The notes beneath the pieces were generated by a model. That model was not told the DNA's origin and did no database searches. It was given only the letters and a program-made list of their open reading frames with translations. Source: the human T2T-CHM13v2.0 reference genome, Homo sapiens. Taken from it: a stretch of 64,000 nt of DNA. Of the stretch, positions 29,421-43,244 are shown piece by piece (position 1 is the first letter of the stretch; every line of letters begins with the position of its first letter). The stretch lies in the NCBI RefSeq assembly GCF_009914755.1, contig NC_060930.1; one strand, written 5' to 3'. A program made the translations under genes and the position numbers.

Positions 29421-29932
29421 CTATAAAACTGTTTAACTACTGTGTGAAAAATTGAATTTCCAACATAACTCATATTATGTTTCCTCTCATAAAACATGAA
29501 ATGGTTGAAGATGCTAAATATGGCACAGTGGATATGAAATTGATTATATCAGGAAATCTAGTCATCTGTTTCCTGGCTATGCCATTTAACTTCTTTGGGC
29601 CTCAATTTCTTCACCAGTAAAACGATGTTTTGTCTTGTTGACTGCCCACTTTTAAATGTCTGTAAGATTTAGTGTTTACAATGTCTCTTGGAAACACTAA
29701 GGTTGGTATTCATAAGTTATTGGCAGATCATATGTTTTAACAAGAATGTTGTAGAAACAAAATAGATTATCATCTGTATTTATGCCCCATACTTGTCATC
29801 TGAGAGAATTCTTAAATGCAATTCAATGTAGATTACAAATTTGCAGTCTACAATTGATAATCACACTGTGAACCTTCCAGAATATTGAAACTCTATTTTA
29901 GAGGAAACAAATGTGTCTTGCTTTAGGCTTAC

Positions 29933-30053
29933 CTGCAGAAATAGTCAATACCCTATTTAGGGTCATGAAGCAGGCACAACGAAATTTTCATGAATATTAA
30001 TTGAGATTTAGCTTGCAAAATGAACATGGAAATATCTCTCAGATACTGCCCAT
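29933..30053 (-). pseudogene. Degenerate cbEGF exon remnant with intact donor
   Basis: FCKLNLN*YS*KFR then HD...GIDYFCR ending at phase-2 CAG|gtaagc. Confidence 0.7.
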
Positions 30054-30464
30054 CTTTTAAGGACTGACACTAAAGTAAGGCTTTCCTTTAAATAATATTT
30101 AATAGACTAATATACTCTTTTTCCTTCTAATTTTTAAGCTAGGATAAGTGCATTCCACATTAAAAAACTGTTCTCTTTAAAAAACTTAACTGCATATGAT
30201 GGTGATGGATGATTACTTTTCTTCATTTCAAGTTTATTGGGTCTATCTCCTAGTTTATTTGTATGTTTTAACCAATGCATCTGATTATATTAATCTCAAG
30301 ATGAAATAAATGTGCCATTAAAGTCCATATGTAAAAGAATAGTTTAAAGTTATGAAAATAGGCCAGTTCTCAATTACATATATTTTTTGTTCACCATTAA
30401 GTAATTTATCACTGGTTCATTTTAGGGCACTTGTATTTTTAGTATTTACGATTCAAGTACATTA

Positions 30465-31039
30465 CAGTAGTCCTTTCTTATCTGGAGCTTGGCTTTCCAT
30501 AGTTTAAATTACCAATGGTCAGCCATCTTCTCAAAATGTTAAATAAAAATCCAGAAATAAACAATTCATAACTTTTAAGTTGCATGCCATGCTTAGTAGT
30601 GTGATGAAATCGTGCACTGCCCTGTTTAGTCCTGTCTGGGACGTGAATCATCCTTTTGTCCAGTATCCACACCGTAGGCACTACCCACCTATCAGTCACA
30701 TAGCAGCCATCTTGGTCATCAGATTGACTGTCATGGTATCACAGTGCTTGTGTCCTAGTAACCCTTATTTTACTTTTATTACAGAATATTACTATGATTG
30801 TCCTATTTCATTACTAGCTATTATTGTTATTCTCTTACTGTGCCTAATTTATGAACTAAACCTTATCCTATATACATATCCTATATACATATACATATCC
30901 TATATACATATCCTATATACATATATCCTATATACATATATACATATTATATATACATAATATAATTAGGTTTCAGTACTATCCGTGGATTCAGTCATCT
31001 GCTAGAGGTCTTACTGCCATGGGGAAGGCGGAACTACTC
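30465..31039 (+). mobile_element. MER44-like Tigger-derived MITE with internal tandem repeat
   Basis: TA-flanked termini cagtagtcc...gaactactc; (cctatatacatat)n at ~30867-30960. Confidence 0.85.
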
Positions 31040-32559
31040 TACTGCAATCAATTTATATCTTCATTATGTGCTAAAGGAAAATTAATTTTAAGAAATTCAG
31101 GTAAAACTATATTCACGTTCTCTTATGTGGCTTTTCATATCTAAAATTATTATACATATTGTGCTGATACATAAATACAAATTGTAAAATGTGTCCTATG
31201 TAAATAAAGATGGAAATCAGAATTCAATAATATTTCAATGGCTATACCATTTAAAAATACACATGTATAGTCAATGAATACAATTTTTAAAATGCTATAA
31301 TTTTTTAGCCAAAGCTTTTATCTTTCATTTGAGAACTTGAAGACTGTCAGCAAATTTCAAAGGCTTTAATCATCCAAATTTTTTTAACATTCCAAAGTAT
31401 TAAATATTCCAAAAGTAGATTCGAACTTTCTTTACCCCAACTCTGCTTTAGGAACCCTAGTTCAGTCAATGATTCTCAAAACTGAAAATTATTTTAGAGA
31501 CAGAAAGTCTTCTTTGAGATAAATTTAACAAAAATTTAATCAAAATATTACTTTTAAATGTTATCTGGAGGGGAGAATATGGTATGTTCATGACCTTACA
31601 GAGTTTATGTACATATTTTGAAGCTTACCATAAACTTTGCTTTTAATTGGTTACTATATGTGATTAACATCAACTATCCCAACACTTAAGTTATTTTTAT
31701 AATTCTCAATATTATTTGTGATATCTTTCTAATCAATATTTTTGAGTTTTACCTATTTTTATTGAATTATCTTTCTTTTCTTTTTTGTTTCTGTAAATTT
31801 GTATTCATTGTTTATTTTTTAAATTTCCTTCCTTCTACTATCTTTAAAATAATTGTTTTTTCCTAATTTTTAAATTAGATTATTAGTGTAGCAGTTGTAT
31901 ATACTTTATATATATGTCCGTGATATAAGATCTATTCCCTATAATTTCATTTTTATTTTGTGAAGCTTTATTAAGTTTTTTTAAACCTTTTTATTTGGTC
32001 ACAAACACTAACATTGTTGCACTGTGAATAGGTAATATGGTTTGCTAGCTATCTTGCTTATTGTCTTCCCCCTTTACTGGAATTTAAGATTTCTGAGGGC
32101 AGGATTTTTTGACTGCTTTACTCATTGTTATGTCCTCTGAACCAGAAGAGAGCCTGGCACATCATAAACCTCAATAATTACTTGTTGAGTAAATTATTTC
32201 ATTCTAGAGGTTTCAGCTGTCTTAGATCAGTTTTTATATTACTGCTTGTTGTTGTTGTTGTTGTTGTTTGGATTTCTATAACAAATGACTGTGTAAATTC
32301 AAGCCATCAACCACTTTTCACACAGACTGGCATTTTCAAATTCTCGGGTTTTTTTTCCCCTTCACTTATTGCTTGTGTTGGATAGAAAGTTCTCTTAATA
32401 TCAGTATTGCTTTGTTCTGATGTGTAAAGTGTCTCTAGGTCTCCAGTTCACAGATTGTACAGCCCTTAGATCAGTTGTATTCGAGGCCCCTTTTCTGCCC
32501 TCTGACTTGGGAGAACACAAGATGTCTTCTGTTTCTGTAACAGTCATTAAAATCCTGTC

Positions 32560-32700
32560 CTAAGCTGGACATGGTGGTTTGTGCCTACCATTCCAGTGAC
32601 TTGGGAGACTGAGCTGAGAGGAACTCCTAAACCCAGGAGTATGAGGCCAACCTGGGCAACATAACACCTCCATTTCTAAAAAATCAAATAAAAATAAATC
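32560..32700 (+). mobile_element. Old Alu monomer (FLAM/AluJ-like)
   Basis: gctggacatggtggtttgtgcctac...gaggccaacctgggcaacata plus A tail. Confidence 0.75.
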
Positions 32701-33768
32701 CTGAACTGCAATTTCAAGAAAATGTTCTAATGCATATTTAAGCCTGTCACTACTTCAGTTGCCAGCGTTTCAGCTAAAATATACAATCTATCTTTAATTT
32801 CCTTTTTATTTCTAGCCCTAGGGATTTCTTTCTTTCCAGCTTAGTTAGCTGTTAAAATTTTCCTTACATGTTTTATCTAGCATTTTTATGTGTATGTACT
32901 AATCAATCTTGTTTAAATCTCACAGTCTTTAAGTCTTGATTGGAAATGAATATAGCCAAATCTTGCTGGCCTAAAACTGTTTCATTTCTTTGAGAAAATG
33001 TGAACAAATTCCCTAAGGTCATTTTCTGAAAGCAGCCATAATTTTCTTATTTCAGAATTCCTACAGCTCTTTGTTAGACAAAAAGATTGAGCACCACCAG
33101 GTTAGAATTTCTCATCTTAAACATATGCTTCCTTATTCTCATGAAAATACTCTGTCTTTATCCAAAGAGATTGTTCTTAGGATCCCAAAATAAACATATT
33201 TCACCTTCTGAAACATATTTACAGTCTCGACAATAAACATCATGTAATAGTATCATAACCTGATAGCTACCAGTATAGCCAAAACCAAGCTTATTTATTC
33301 AACAAATATTTGTTGCACTTTGATTATTTGTCAAGCACTATTTTTATGATGTATTGTGCTAGTTGCTGGAGGCATAAATTTAAATAAAGTAGATAAAGTC
33401 CTTGTCATCATAGATCTTATTTTCTGATAGGGAAAACTATCAAGAATAGCAAATCCAGGTTAACCCAGACCCAACTGAATCTTTCAAAATGTCAGTAAAT
33501 ACTTCTAAATGTCCTCCTATGTGCCAGTGTGGCAATCACCAACAAAATAAGAATTCCTGTTGTGTGTATCTTATAGTCAAGTAGGGAATAAAGGCACTAA
33601 ATGCTGCAAAGAATTAAGTAAATAATCGTAACTGTGCAAAGTATAGGCTGAGAGAAAAATGGAATGTTTTAGAAATTCTAGCAGAATATAACTCAGGTTT
33701 TACAATGAGCCCATCTAGCTTAGCTAGACTGAGCTTTGACCTTTAGACTTGGTAGTCTTTACTGGTTC

Positions 33769-34136
33769 ATTTTTTTTTTTTTTTTTTGGTTTTAAGAAGC
33801 AGAGGGTTTAATAGGCAAAAAGGGGCAAGAAGGAAGGGAGAAGGAAGAAGCTCCCCTGTACAGAGACAGAGGGGTGGGCACTCCAAAGCCGAGAGACAGA
33901 ACCCCAAGTGTGGCGGAAACCAGCCAGGTGTATATATAGACGTTGGAAGAGGCAGTGTCTGATTTGCATAGGGCTCAGGGGATTGGTTTGACCAGGCATG
34001 TCATTCACCTAGCCCACGAAAAAGCTGGCTCTCCCACCCTAGTCTTTTAATATGCAAATGCAGGGCACCATGATGTTCTACACACATGGGGATATGCGGG
34101 GGCAGTCATGTTGCCAGCAACATGTGGGGCAGGGGC
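33769..34136 (-). mobile_element. Polyadenylated ERV1 LTR fragment (MER61-like), L1-type retrocopy
   Basis: 18-nt poly(T), ATTAAA 19 nt from the tail, TSD actggttc at 33761-33768 and 34137-34144. Confidence 0.75.
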
Positions 34137-37100
34137 ACTGGTTCTACTTTTTTATCATGTCATTCATTCTATCTCTCTTGACACCATACCGGGGTCCCCA
34201 CTGGGTCATATTAGGTAATTTCTAATTGCTGATGTTGATTCTCAGTCCAGGTTTACCTCTCAGAGCATCTGGTCCAGGTGTTATCTGTAAATCTTACACC
34301 CTTCTTTAAAACTTAAATGTCTCTCAACATGATTTTTTAAAAAATTATTCCTTCCCCAGGGGACCTGACCTTGGCATAGCAGACTGTGCCTTGGTTAGAA
34401 TTTTAACCTTCTTTGGAGCTACTCTAGTGATAAATCCTGGGGCTGGCACTCAGCTTTCTCTGACTTCACTCTGAGGAGATGAGGCCCTTTTCATATGCTG
34501 CCAAGAGAGTTTGCTGAGTTTCACTCTTGGCTTTCAATTACTTGTTAACCACCCTTAGCATTTTGTTATCCTTTTTCTAGAGGTCAGTAGAGTTTGGCAA
34601 TAGCATGCAATCCAATTGCTCTTGAAGCTACTATTTCCCTCACGCTTTTCAACATCAAACCAGTTAGTGGATTCCTCTTTCACTGATATATCCCAATTCA
34701 CCACCAGTGAAAGTTGCATGATTTTATGAGTCCCTTGTGCCAGTAGAATCTAGACTCCGTGTGCTCAGTAGTGCGTTCCTCATTGCCAGCTAGGCAATGA
34801 GAGGTCTAGCTCAAAGAGTAGTTTTATCACTTGCATTTTCAGAAAACTCCTGACATAAATTACCATATTTTGGATTCATTATTTGATTCCTATACATGAT
34901 TGATTGTTTGGGTGGTATAAAATTGGAAAGACATTTTTCCTAAAGTTTTGCAAGCATTGTTCCCTTGACTTATGACTTTTGATATTATACTTGAGAATTT
35001 TTACTTATCCTTTGCATATTATTTTTAAAAACTTTGTTTTTTTTTCTCTATGTTGAAAAACTCAGAAAATATTTTCTGTTTTCTTTTCATTTGAAAATTT
35101 GAAATGGTCTCATTATTCTGATTGTTTCCAGGCCTTTGTTGAGCCCTTCACAATCTAAAAATGAATGAACTTTAGTTTCAGGAAACAATAATGAATTATT
35201 CCTTTTTACTTCCTCTTTCCTGTTATCTCTTTCTGAAATATTAAGAATCAGATGTAAACTAATAATATGTCTATATATTATTTATAGATAATAATACATA
35301 TATAACATTTTATAATATATATATCAGTATAAATATTTTATTAATTTTCTCATTTTCTCATTTTACTTCTGTGTGGCTTTTCTTTGGGGGAGAATTTGCT
35401 TTCTGGGAAATCTGCTTAATTTTATATTTCAAGCTTTCTCTTTAATTTTCAATTTTTCCTATTTTCTCAGTTTAGAGAAGCTCTTTTTCTGTTATCTGGG
35501 TTTCCCTTTTACATCATGCCCCTTTGTAACTGTTGTTTTTAAATGGGTGAATATGCTGCTTGTCTATCTGAGTATAATAATTATATTTTTGAAGCTTTTT
35601 TTTCTGTTTCCTACATTGCTTACAATTTCTCCCTCTTCAATGTTTCTGGGGTTGTTTGTTTGTTTTAAGTGTTAGAAGATTTATCCAGAGATCTAACAAT
35701 CCCTATCTGTCTGCTCATACTTAAGAATAAGGAACTAAATATCAGATTGGAAGTTATTTAGGCATTTACAGAATTTTAAGGATCTGGTACAGATTAAGTT
35801 GACCAAGGAGGGATCCGGCTGTTTCAGTAATACCTCCAACTGTTAATTTTTCTTTCCCTGAGGTGGGGGAGCTGGTCCTACCTACGGCCTGGAAATCAGA
35901 AGCTTGAGTGACTGTGATCTGGCAGCTGAGTAGGAAGAGAGGTGTGGACCTTCAACACTCAGTGCGTAGACCTCCATTAACCCCAGTTTCCACACGGCAC
36001 TCCCATCTCTAGTGATGCCTATTGTTCAAAATTGCAAATTCCTTCCATTTTAACATTTCCAGAGAAAAACTTTTCAAAATTGTTTTTAGGTGTTCATGTG
36101 TATGTTTGTTGCGTGAGACGTGGTAGAGGGGATAACAGTGCTTGGAATGGAGAGTATCCAGGGGTCTAAATGCTTCTAACACTGATATTCAAGTGACTTC
36201 CCGTTTCAGCTCCATCCACACAACCTGGCCTTCACAGGCAGCAAGCGTCTCCAATTCTCCATCTTTTAAAGAGTTATTCAATGGCAGTTTCATTGCTTCT
36301 TAATTTCTTTCCCTATTGTCACTTACTTCTCTTGTCTGCAAACTAAATTACAAATGGGCATTTTTAAAAAAGATGTTAATACATCTTTTCTCTTGTGACT
36401 TCCTGTCCTTGTCTCTTCTTTGCTTTATGGAATTACATTTTTAATAAATATTTTAATAGTTATTTTGTAGTGTTTGTGGAGTTTGTAGTGGTAAAGATGT
36501 GTTTAATCTGCTACTTGTAACCCAAAACCCGTAAGTCACCTCAATAAAGTGATTGCAATTTTCAACCTCTCATTCAGCACCCCCATCCAGTTATTCAACA
36601 ACTTATTCAATTCAAACACTGGAATATATCTCCAGTCAGCCCAATAATCTCCATTTCCTATGCTACTATACAATGTCAAGCCACCATAGTATTTGACCTA
36701 AGTCACAATTCCAGTCTTATCCACTTCTATTTTCAACTGAAACAAATGTATTTATCTTTCTAAAATACAAAGATGACTGTTATTTTCCTCCTTACAAGAT
36801 TTTTAACAATTTTTCTAATTCCTAGAAATACTTTCTAAACTGCTTCGTAATGCACACAAATCACTTGAGACCCTGATTCTCAGCCATCTCTCTTTGTGCT
36901 TGGATTACATTCAATTTATGATACATCCTTCTGCCTTTCTTAACCAGAGGAACATGAACATGGGGTGAAGCATGCACATACACGTTCTCTCATACACACA
37001 CATGCTAACATGCTCCATCAATATTAATGTACTTACAAGTCTATAAACATGCAAGAATTTTTTTATACTGGACTACCAACCACCAAATTGTCCACTAAAA

Positions 37101-37834
37101 TAATGTCTTTCTTTATATTTTTAATACCGTAGTTTAGCTGTAACCCATACCAAGGTGCCCTTCCTGATTCTGTGTTAGACAATATGTTCACATAATACTT
37201 TCCATTTATCCAAAATTATCATTATCACATTGTATCGAATTCTCTTTCTCCTTCCCCTGTACACCACTTCCTGTGCTCTAACCTCAAGACTGTAAGCCTT
37301 TCTTTTTTTTAAAACTGCAAGCTCTTTAAAGAATCCTTGTGTCTTTTCCTGTATCTAATTTTAATTTCTGATATACTACATGGCACAGCAGATGCTCAGT
37401 AAGTATCTGATAAGCCAGCATCCAATGACTACTACAAGGAAAGCGATGGGATTCTAAAGTTGTATGATATATATATATATATAAATGTCAAAAAGCTAGG
37501 GGAATATGAATAATCTTCGTTATAACTAGTTTGTGGTGGGAAGCAATATATCATTAGATTTGTTCTTTTTTTTACGAGGAAGATACAACAAATAAATCCT
37601 TATAAAAACAGCCAATAAATCATTTATCATCATATTGATTTTCTCACTAGATTTGTTTTTTAAGAAAATGTTTATTTGCTGGAAGAAACTAACAGGAATC
37701 TTTTTTGCTTTGCTTTTGTAAGTAAAAACAAGTGAAAGGAAAAGAATAGGCTGTATGTTTATAGTCACCAAAAAGACTGCAAAAATGTGACAGAAAGAAG
37801 AGAATAAGGTCTTTAAATATCTTTTCAAATTAAA

Positions 37835-37935
37835 GAGTAGACTGGATCTATGAATACCAAACATCAGCGGCATGCAATTTACCCATGTCATAAACCTGCA
37901 CATACACCCCCTGAACCTAAAAGTTGAAAAATAAA
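37835..37935 (+). mobile_element. Short L1PA 3' end
   Basis: caatttacccatgtcataaacctgcacatacaccccctgaacctaaaa. Confidence 0.75.
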
Positions 37936-39584
37936 TGAAGTATAATAATTATTTATAGCATTTAAATGATGACCAAATCAAAGATGAATTATGAATTCAG
38001 TTAGTTCAATCATAAGACAAGAAAAAAAATGTACATCTAACAATTAGCAATCACCCGATAAGATACAGAAAAAATAATTAACTTTTTATGACTATTTTTA
38101 TTTCAAATAAGTGACTGAAAAGAAATAAATTTCAGTGGGATTTTTCCAGTAACAGTTTTATGTCACTAAAACAAAGACAAATTGCAATAGAACTTTCACT
38201 GTAGATTTTAAATAAGAGTAAAATCATTCCACTTTGGTTTCATTAAGGCCAAATGTAGACAAAGGAAATAAGAACATGATCACATTTTATTCTCATCTGT
38301 TTCTTACTTCTATGTAAGGCTTAACTTACAAAAGTGTTATCATTTCAAAGATACGATTTCTGGTATGTATTTGAAAGGCAAAGTAAGAACAAGGTGGCAC
38401 ATTATCCAGAAGCATTATTTTTTCTTATTCTTTTTATTTATTTTGCATTTTTCTTAATAAAAGAAGAATGAAAATGCAGGAAAAAATTTCCTCTCTACAT
38501 AATTTAAAAACATCTTTCAAATTATACTTTAGAGTTCATTTGCAAAATTATGAACAATGTTTTACATGCAGTTTTTCACATGCTGAAAACATCAGTTTTT
38601 ACTTAATCTCCTTATGCTGTTTCTTTCTTCCTTCCTGTAGATAAAAGCCTAAAGTGGGTTTGCATGGATTACAGCTTTTCTCATTCTCCTTTCATCATAG
38701 CTCATTGTTTTGCATAATGTGCATAAAATACATATAATATATCCAATCCATTTTAGCCTCAGATCAGAGCAAGTATTGAACTTTTACAAGTTTTATAAAA
38801 TTAGCAAATTTCACTCAGCAAGACGAAAAAATACATACATTCTAATGACTTTTAATTTGGTAAATAAATGTTGTTAAAATTAATGCATGCACACACACAC
38901 ACATACACATACATTAGGTGTTTGTTCATTAAGACCTAAAATTTGCCATTTCCACACTATATTATTCACACAGAAAGGGCATCAAGCACAATGTACCATA
39001 AAGCTGTTTAACTTCTCCTTAATTGGGAAAAGTAAACTCAAAATATCTAAAAGGCAACTTTATGACAGAATAGAAATCTGCTATAAAAGCAACATTTTCA
39101 TGAGTATTTAAAATTATCTCTACATTTTAATAGCTATTTGGACAGGAATGTGTAACCAAAGAGAAAACTTAGAAAAAGGCAGCATACAACATTGAATCAG
39201 TGATGAATTAATTGTTGGCAGCAACTACAACCATTTTTGTATTGTTTTGCATTTAAAAATGTTTTAACCTGTGTACAAAGTGTAAACTAATAAATACTAA
39301 TTGATTTAAATACCTGATTCAATGTTTCTTAAGCTTGAGACACATATTAAAGGAAAAATTATGCTATGTCTCACAATATTGCATTATTTCCAGAATGTCA
39401 TTTAAATTAGAATATACATAAAACATGGCATTAATCGTATATATTTATAGTTTTTATAGAACCATATGACTGGAACAAGATTTTAATATACTTTTCATAG
39501 AACTACAAAACTAATGAAGTTTAAAATAATAGTATTATTATGTGGTCCATAGCATTGTTTTCTGAATGAAAAACCATCACTCAC

Positions 39585-39760
39585 AATATAACTATGATAT
39601 TCATCATCCTAGTGCAGGTTCTGTTGAGCTCATCTTGTCTGTACTGCATTTTTTTCCTTATAATGACTGACTCAATTTTCTCACACTTTTGGGTATTCAA
39701 ACTACTGTGAAGCCTTTATTCATCCATTATGGTATGATGTCAGGTGGATATAACTTGGCT
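39585..39760 (-). pseudogene. Possible degenerate EGF exon remnant
   Basis: YHNG, KGFT, GKKCSTD, LNRTC; donor |gtgagt. Confidence 0.35.
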
Positions 39761-40434
39761 CCACTTTTAGATATACATATTAACCTTGCCCAAATTATTT
39801 CCTATTAACTTCTAATGATGAAAGTAACACCACTAGGCAGCAATATGATGGTAAGAAGAATGTGTCTGTAACTCATAATGTTCTGGATCAGCATTAGATC
39901 ATATATTTACAATCCAAATAATCAGGAAATATTTTTTTAGACATTTATAAATATTAAAATATAAAATTTAGATTGTTACTGTGGAGAATTTTTAGACACC
40001 AAGTTTATGATCATAGGCTTGCATTTAAAAAATAGTACCAAAATTATACGTGCTGTGACAGTTAGTTGCTACCTAAAGTTAAGCAGTACCAAGCTGTGAA
40101 GAGTTAATTTTTAAGATTAACATTAATTTGGAGTTCTAATATGAGATCAATTGCCATTGAAAAATTGAGAAAATATAACAAAGATATGATTAATACCTAA
40201 AACTCCAAAGCACAGGGAAATTCAAATATTTTAGGAAGATAAATCTGTTTTCAATGCAGCAAAAGCAGCATGTACCCGTGTCCAAAAGTTGTTTATTTAT
40301 TTGGCATAGTCAGCTATTATATTGTATAATGTTAGGCTAAGAAAGGGTTTCCAAAGGAGGATTCCTTTCTGTCTCCCTGTTTCGGTCTCTGACAATGTCA
40401 AAGTCATAATTGTTTTAATTTCATACGATCTTGA

Positions 40435-40436
<2 letters not shown>

Positions 40437-40478
<42 letters not shown>
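40437..40478. repeat. (TG)n microsatellite
   Basis: About 21 GT units. Confidence 0.95.
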
Positions 40479-40481
<3 letters not shown>

Positions 40482-41404
40482 GATGTAACATTAAGGGAAG
40501 AGCTTTAGTAATTATAACTTTAATTGTTATGGCTGATTTTTTAGAAGAATATTTCCAAATATAAAACATATATAGAAATTCATAATTATATGGAAACATA
40601 ATTTTTATGCATATTTCAAAACTGATGTATGAAAGTCATTTAGCTAATTAATGAGTCAGAATCTCTTCCTACATTTGCATTGTTACTTGTCACTGTATGA
40701 CTTTAGAAATAAAGCCACCTCCTAGTACTATTTATGAGAACAGATGGAATATGAAGAGTCCAAAAAGAAATGATTCTTTACTGGATATTTTCAATAACTA
40801 TGTAAATGGCTTAAGCTTTGTATTTATTGGTGTAAATCAATTAATTCCAATTGTAGCTAGTGTTAGCTATATTCCACTACATGTTTTGGGTAAATTATAT
40901 GCTATAAAATAGTTGAAAATCAAAAATGTAAGAATTTGATAGCTAAAGTCTCACAAAATTTTAAAAATTAAGTATGACCTGGGAGGAAGAATACTGGGCA
41001 GTCTTTAGGAATGCCCTAATGTCGAGGATCTTAAGTAATAGTAGGGAATGTAAAAACATTGAGTTCCGTTAGCAGATGAAAAAAATGCTCAAATGCATAT
41101 TGGATAATTTTGCCTAAATGTGGCTTTAATACATGGTTGTAAATTTGCTATTGCAGATGTAACTAGATCACATGCTAGACCTGATCAAAATACAGTAAAT
41201 GTTGTAGCTACCTTTTTTTATTTACGGTTTCAAATTCAATGGCTTGAGTTTCAGGAATAAATATTCCAGTGAATATCATTGTTCATAGTTGATGTCCAAG
41301 GACTATACTAAATTTCCTCTTCTTCATCTGTTTTATTACATAAGTTGAAATTTTAAGAAAATGTTTTACAAATGTCTTTATGAACAATTATTTTTCCATC
41401 TGTT

Positions 41405-42345
41405 TTTTTTTGTTTGTTTTGTGGTAAGAATATTTAACATGAGATATACTCTCTTAGCAAATTTTTAAGCATACAGCCCAGCATTTTAAAGCACACAACA
41501 CAATATTTTTAACCCTAAGCACAATGTTTCAGGATCTCTAGAACTTATTTATTTTGCATAACAAAAACTTTATTCCCATTGAACAGCAGCTCCCCATTTT
41601 TTCCTTGCCCCAGGCCCTGGTTAATCAACCATTCTACTCTCTGTTTCTACAAGTTTGACTATTTTGGATACCTAATATAAGTGAAATCATAAAATATTTG
41701 TTGTTCTGTGATGTGCTTATTTCACTTAGCATAATGTCCTCAAAAGTTCATCCATCTTGTAACATATGGCAGCTATCCCACTTCAGGCTATTTATGCAAA
41801 GGAATTGAAATTAGGATCTCAAAGAGAATTTTTTTACCTTCATGTCCATTGCAGCATTATTCATAATAGCCTAGCTGTGGAAACAATTTAAATGTCTGAT
41901 ATGGTTTGGCTCTATGCCCTCACTAAAATCTCATATTGAATTGTAATTCCCAACGTTGGTGAGGGGCTTGGTGGGAGGTGACTGAATCATGGGGGCAGAC
42001 TTCTCTCTTGCTATCATGATAGAGTTTTCACAAGATCTGGTTGTTTGAAAGTGTGGAGCACCTCCCCCTTCTCTCACTCTCTCTTCTGCCCACCATGTGA
42101 AGATGTGCCTACTTCTCCTTTGCCTTCTGCCATGATGGTAAGTTTCCTGTGGCCTCCCCAGAAGCAGAAGCCTGACCAGAGCCAATTAAACTTCTTGTCT
42201 TTATAAATTCCCCAGTCTCTGGTATGTCTTCATAGTAGTATGAGAATGGACTAATACAGTGTTCATCAACAAATGAATTTAAAAATGTGGCATATACATA
42301 CATATTCAGCTTTTAAAAAGGAGAAAATCCTGCCATATGTGGCCA
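41405..42345. mobile_element. 5'-inverted L1M 3' fragment (minus 41405-41772, plus ~41771-42345)
   Basis: Both halves end at the same L1 position (ctgccatatgt). Confidence 0.75.
41897..42258 (+). mobile_element. MSTA-like solo LTR nested in L1
   Basis: tgatatggtttggctc...gagaatggactaataca. Confidence 0.9.
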
Positions 42346-42554
42346 TTGTTTTTATTCCTTGAAATGGGACAATTCAAATAATCAATTCCCATTACTATGA
42401 TTTTCTGAAAAAAATCACAGGATACATAATTGAGATAAAGTCTTCTATTATACCCCACCAACCACCCACACACAGGCACACTGCCCAATGCTAAGCATTT
42501 ATTCTTTTCTGTATCTTGGACATTTATACTACAGGGATAGAAATAGACATTACC

Positions 42555-42850
<296 letters not shown>

Positions 42851-43118
42851 GAAGTAGACATTGCCTTTTATTTTGAAATTATACATGATATTTGTGTTTC
42901 CTAGAAGTAGATAAAGCAAGCAAATATCATTGAAGAAACGCAAGATGAAGTGGGTGGTTGAAAATAGAGAGGAAGTAGATATCCCGAGTATGAGAGAAGG
43001 AACACCATTCTTGGTTGGACAAATATCTATAATTGTTTTTAGTAGGATTATTTTATGTTTCTACATATCATGCCACATTTTTATGCAGTATCAAATTTTG
43101 AGGACTGCTATTGGGTAC

Positions 43119-43244
43119 TTCATGGAATTGAATTCTGAGGACCAAAGTCTTGAACTTCTTCATGATTAATCTCTGCATCCAGGATTGGCATCAAACTTTA
43201 TGGCATTTCACTCTCAAGGGACCGTGTAAACATAGGTGAAATAC
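43119..43244 (-). pseudogene. Possible degenerate EGF exon remnant (126 nt)
   Basis: Acceptor ggtcattccag|; SPMFT-GP..SE, FDANP, QDFG. Confidence 0.4.

Noticed and set aside
30867-30960. Short direct repeats resembling an array
   Set aside because: Simple tandem repeat within a MER44-like element; no unique spacers, and this is eukaryotic DNA.
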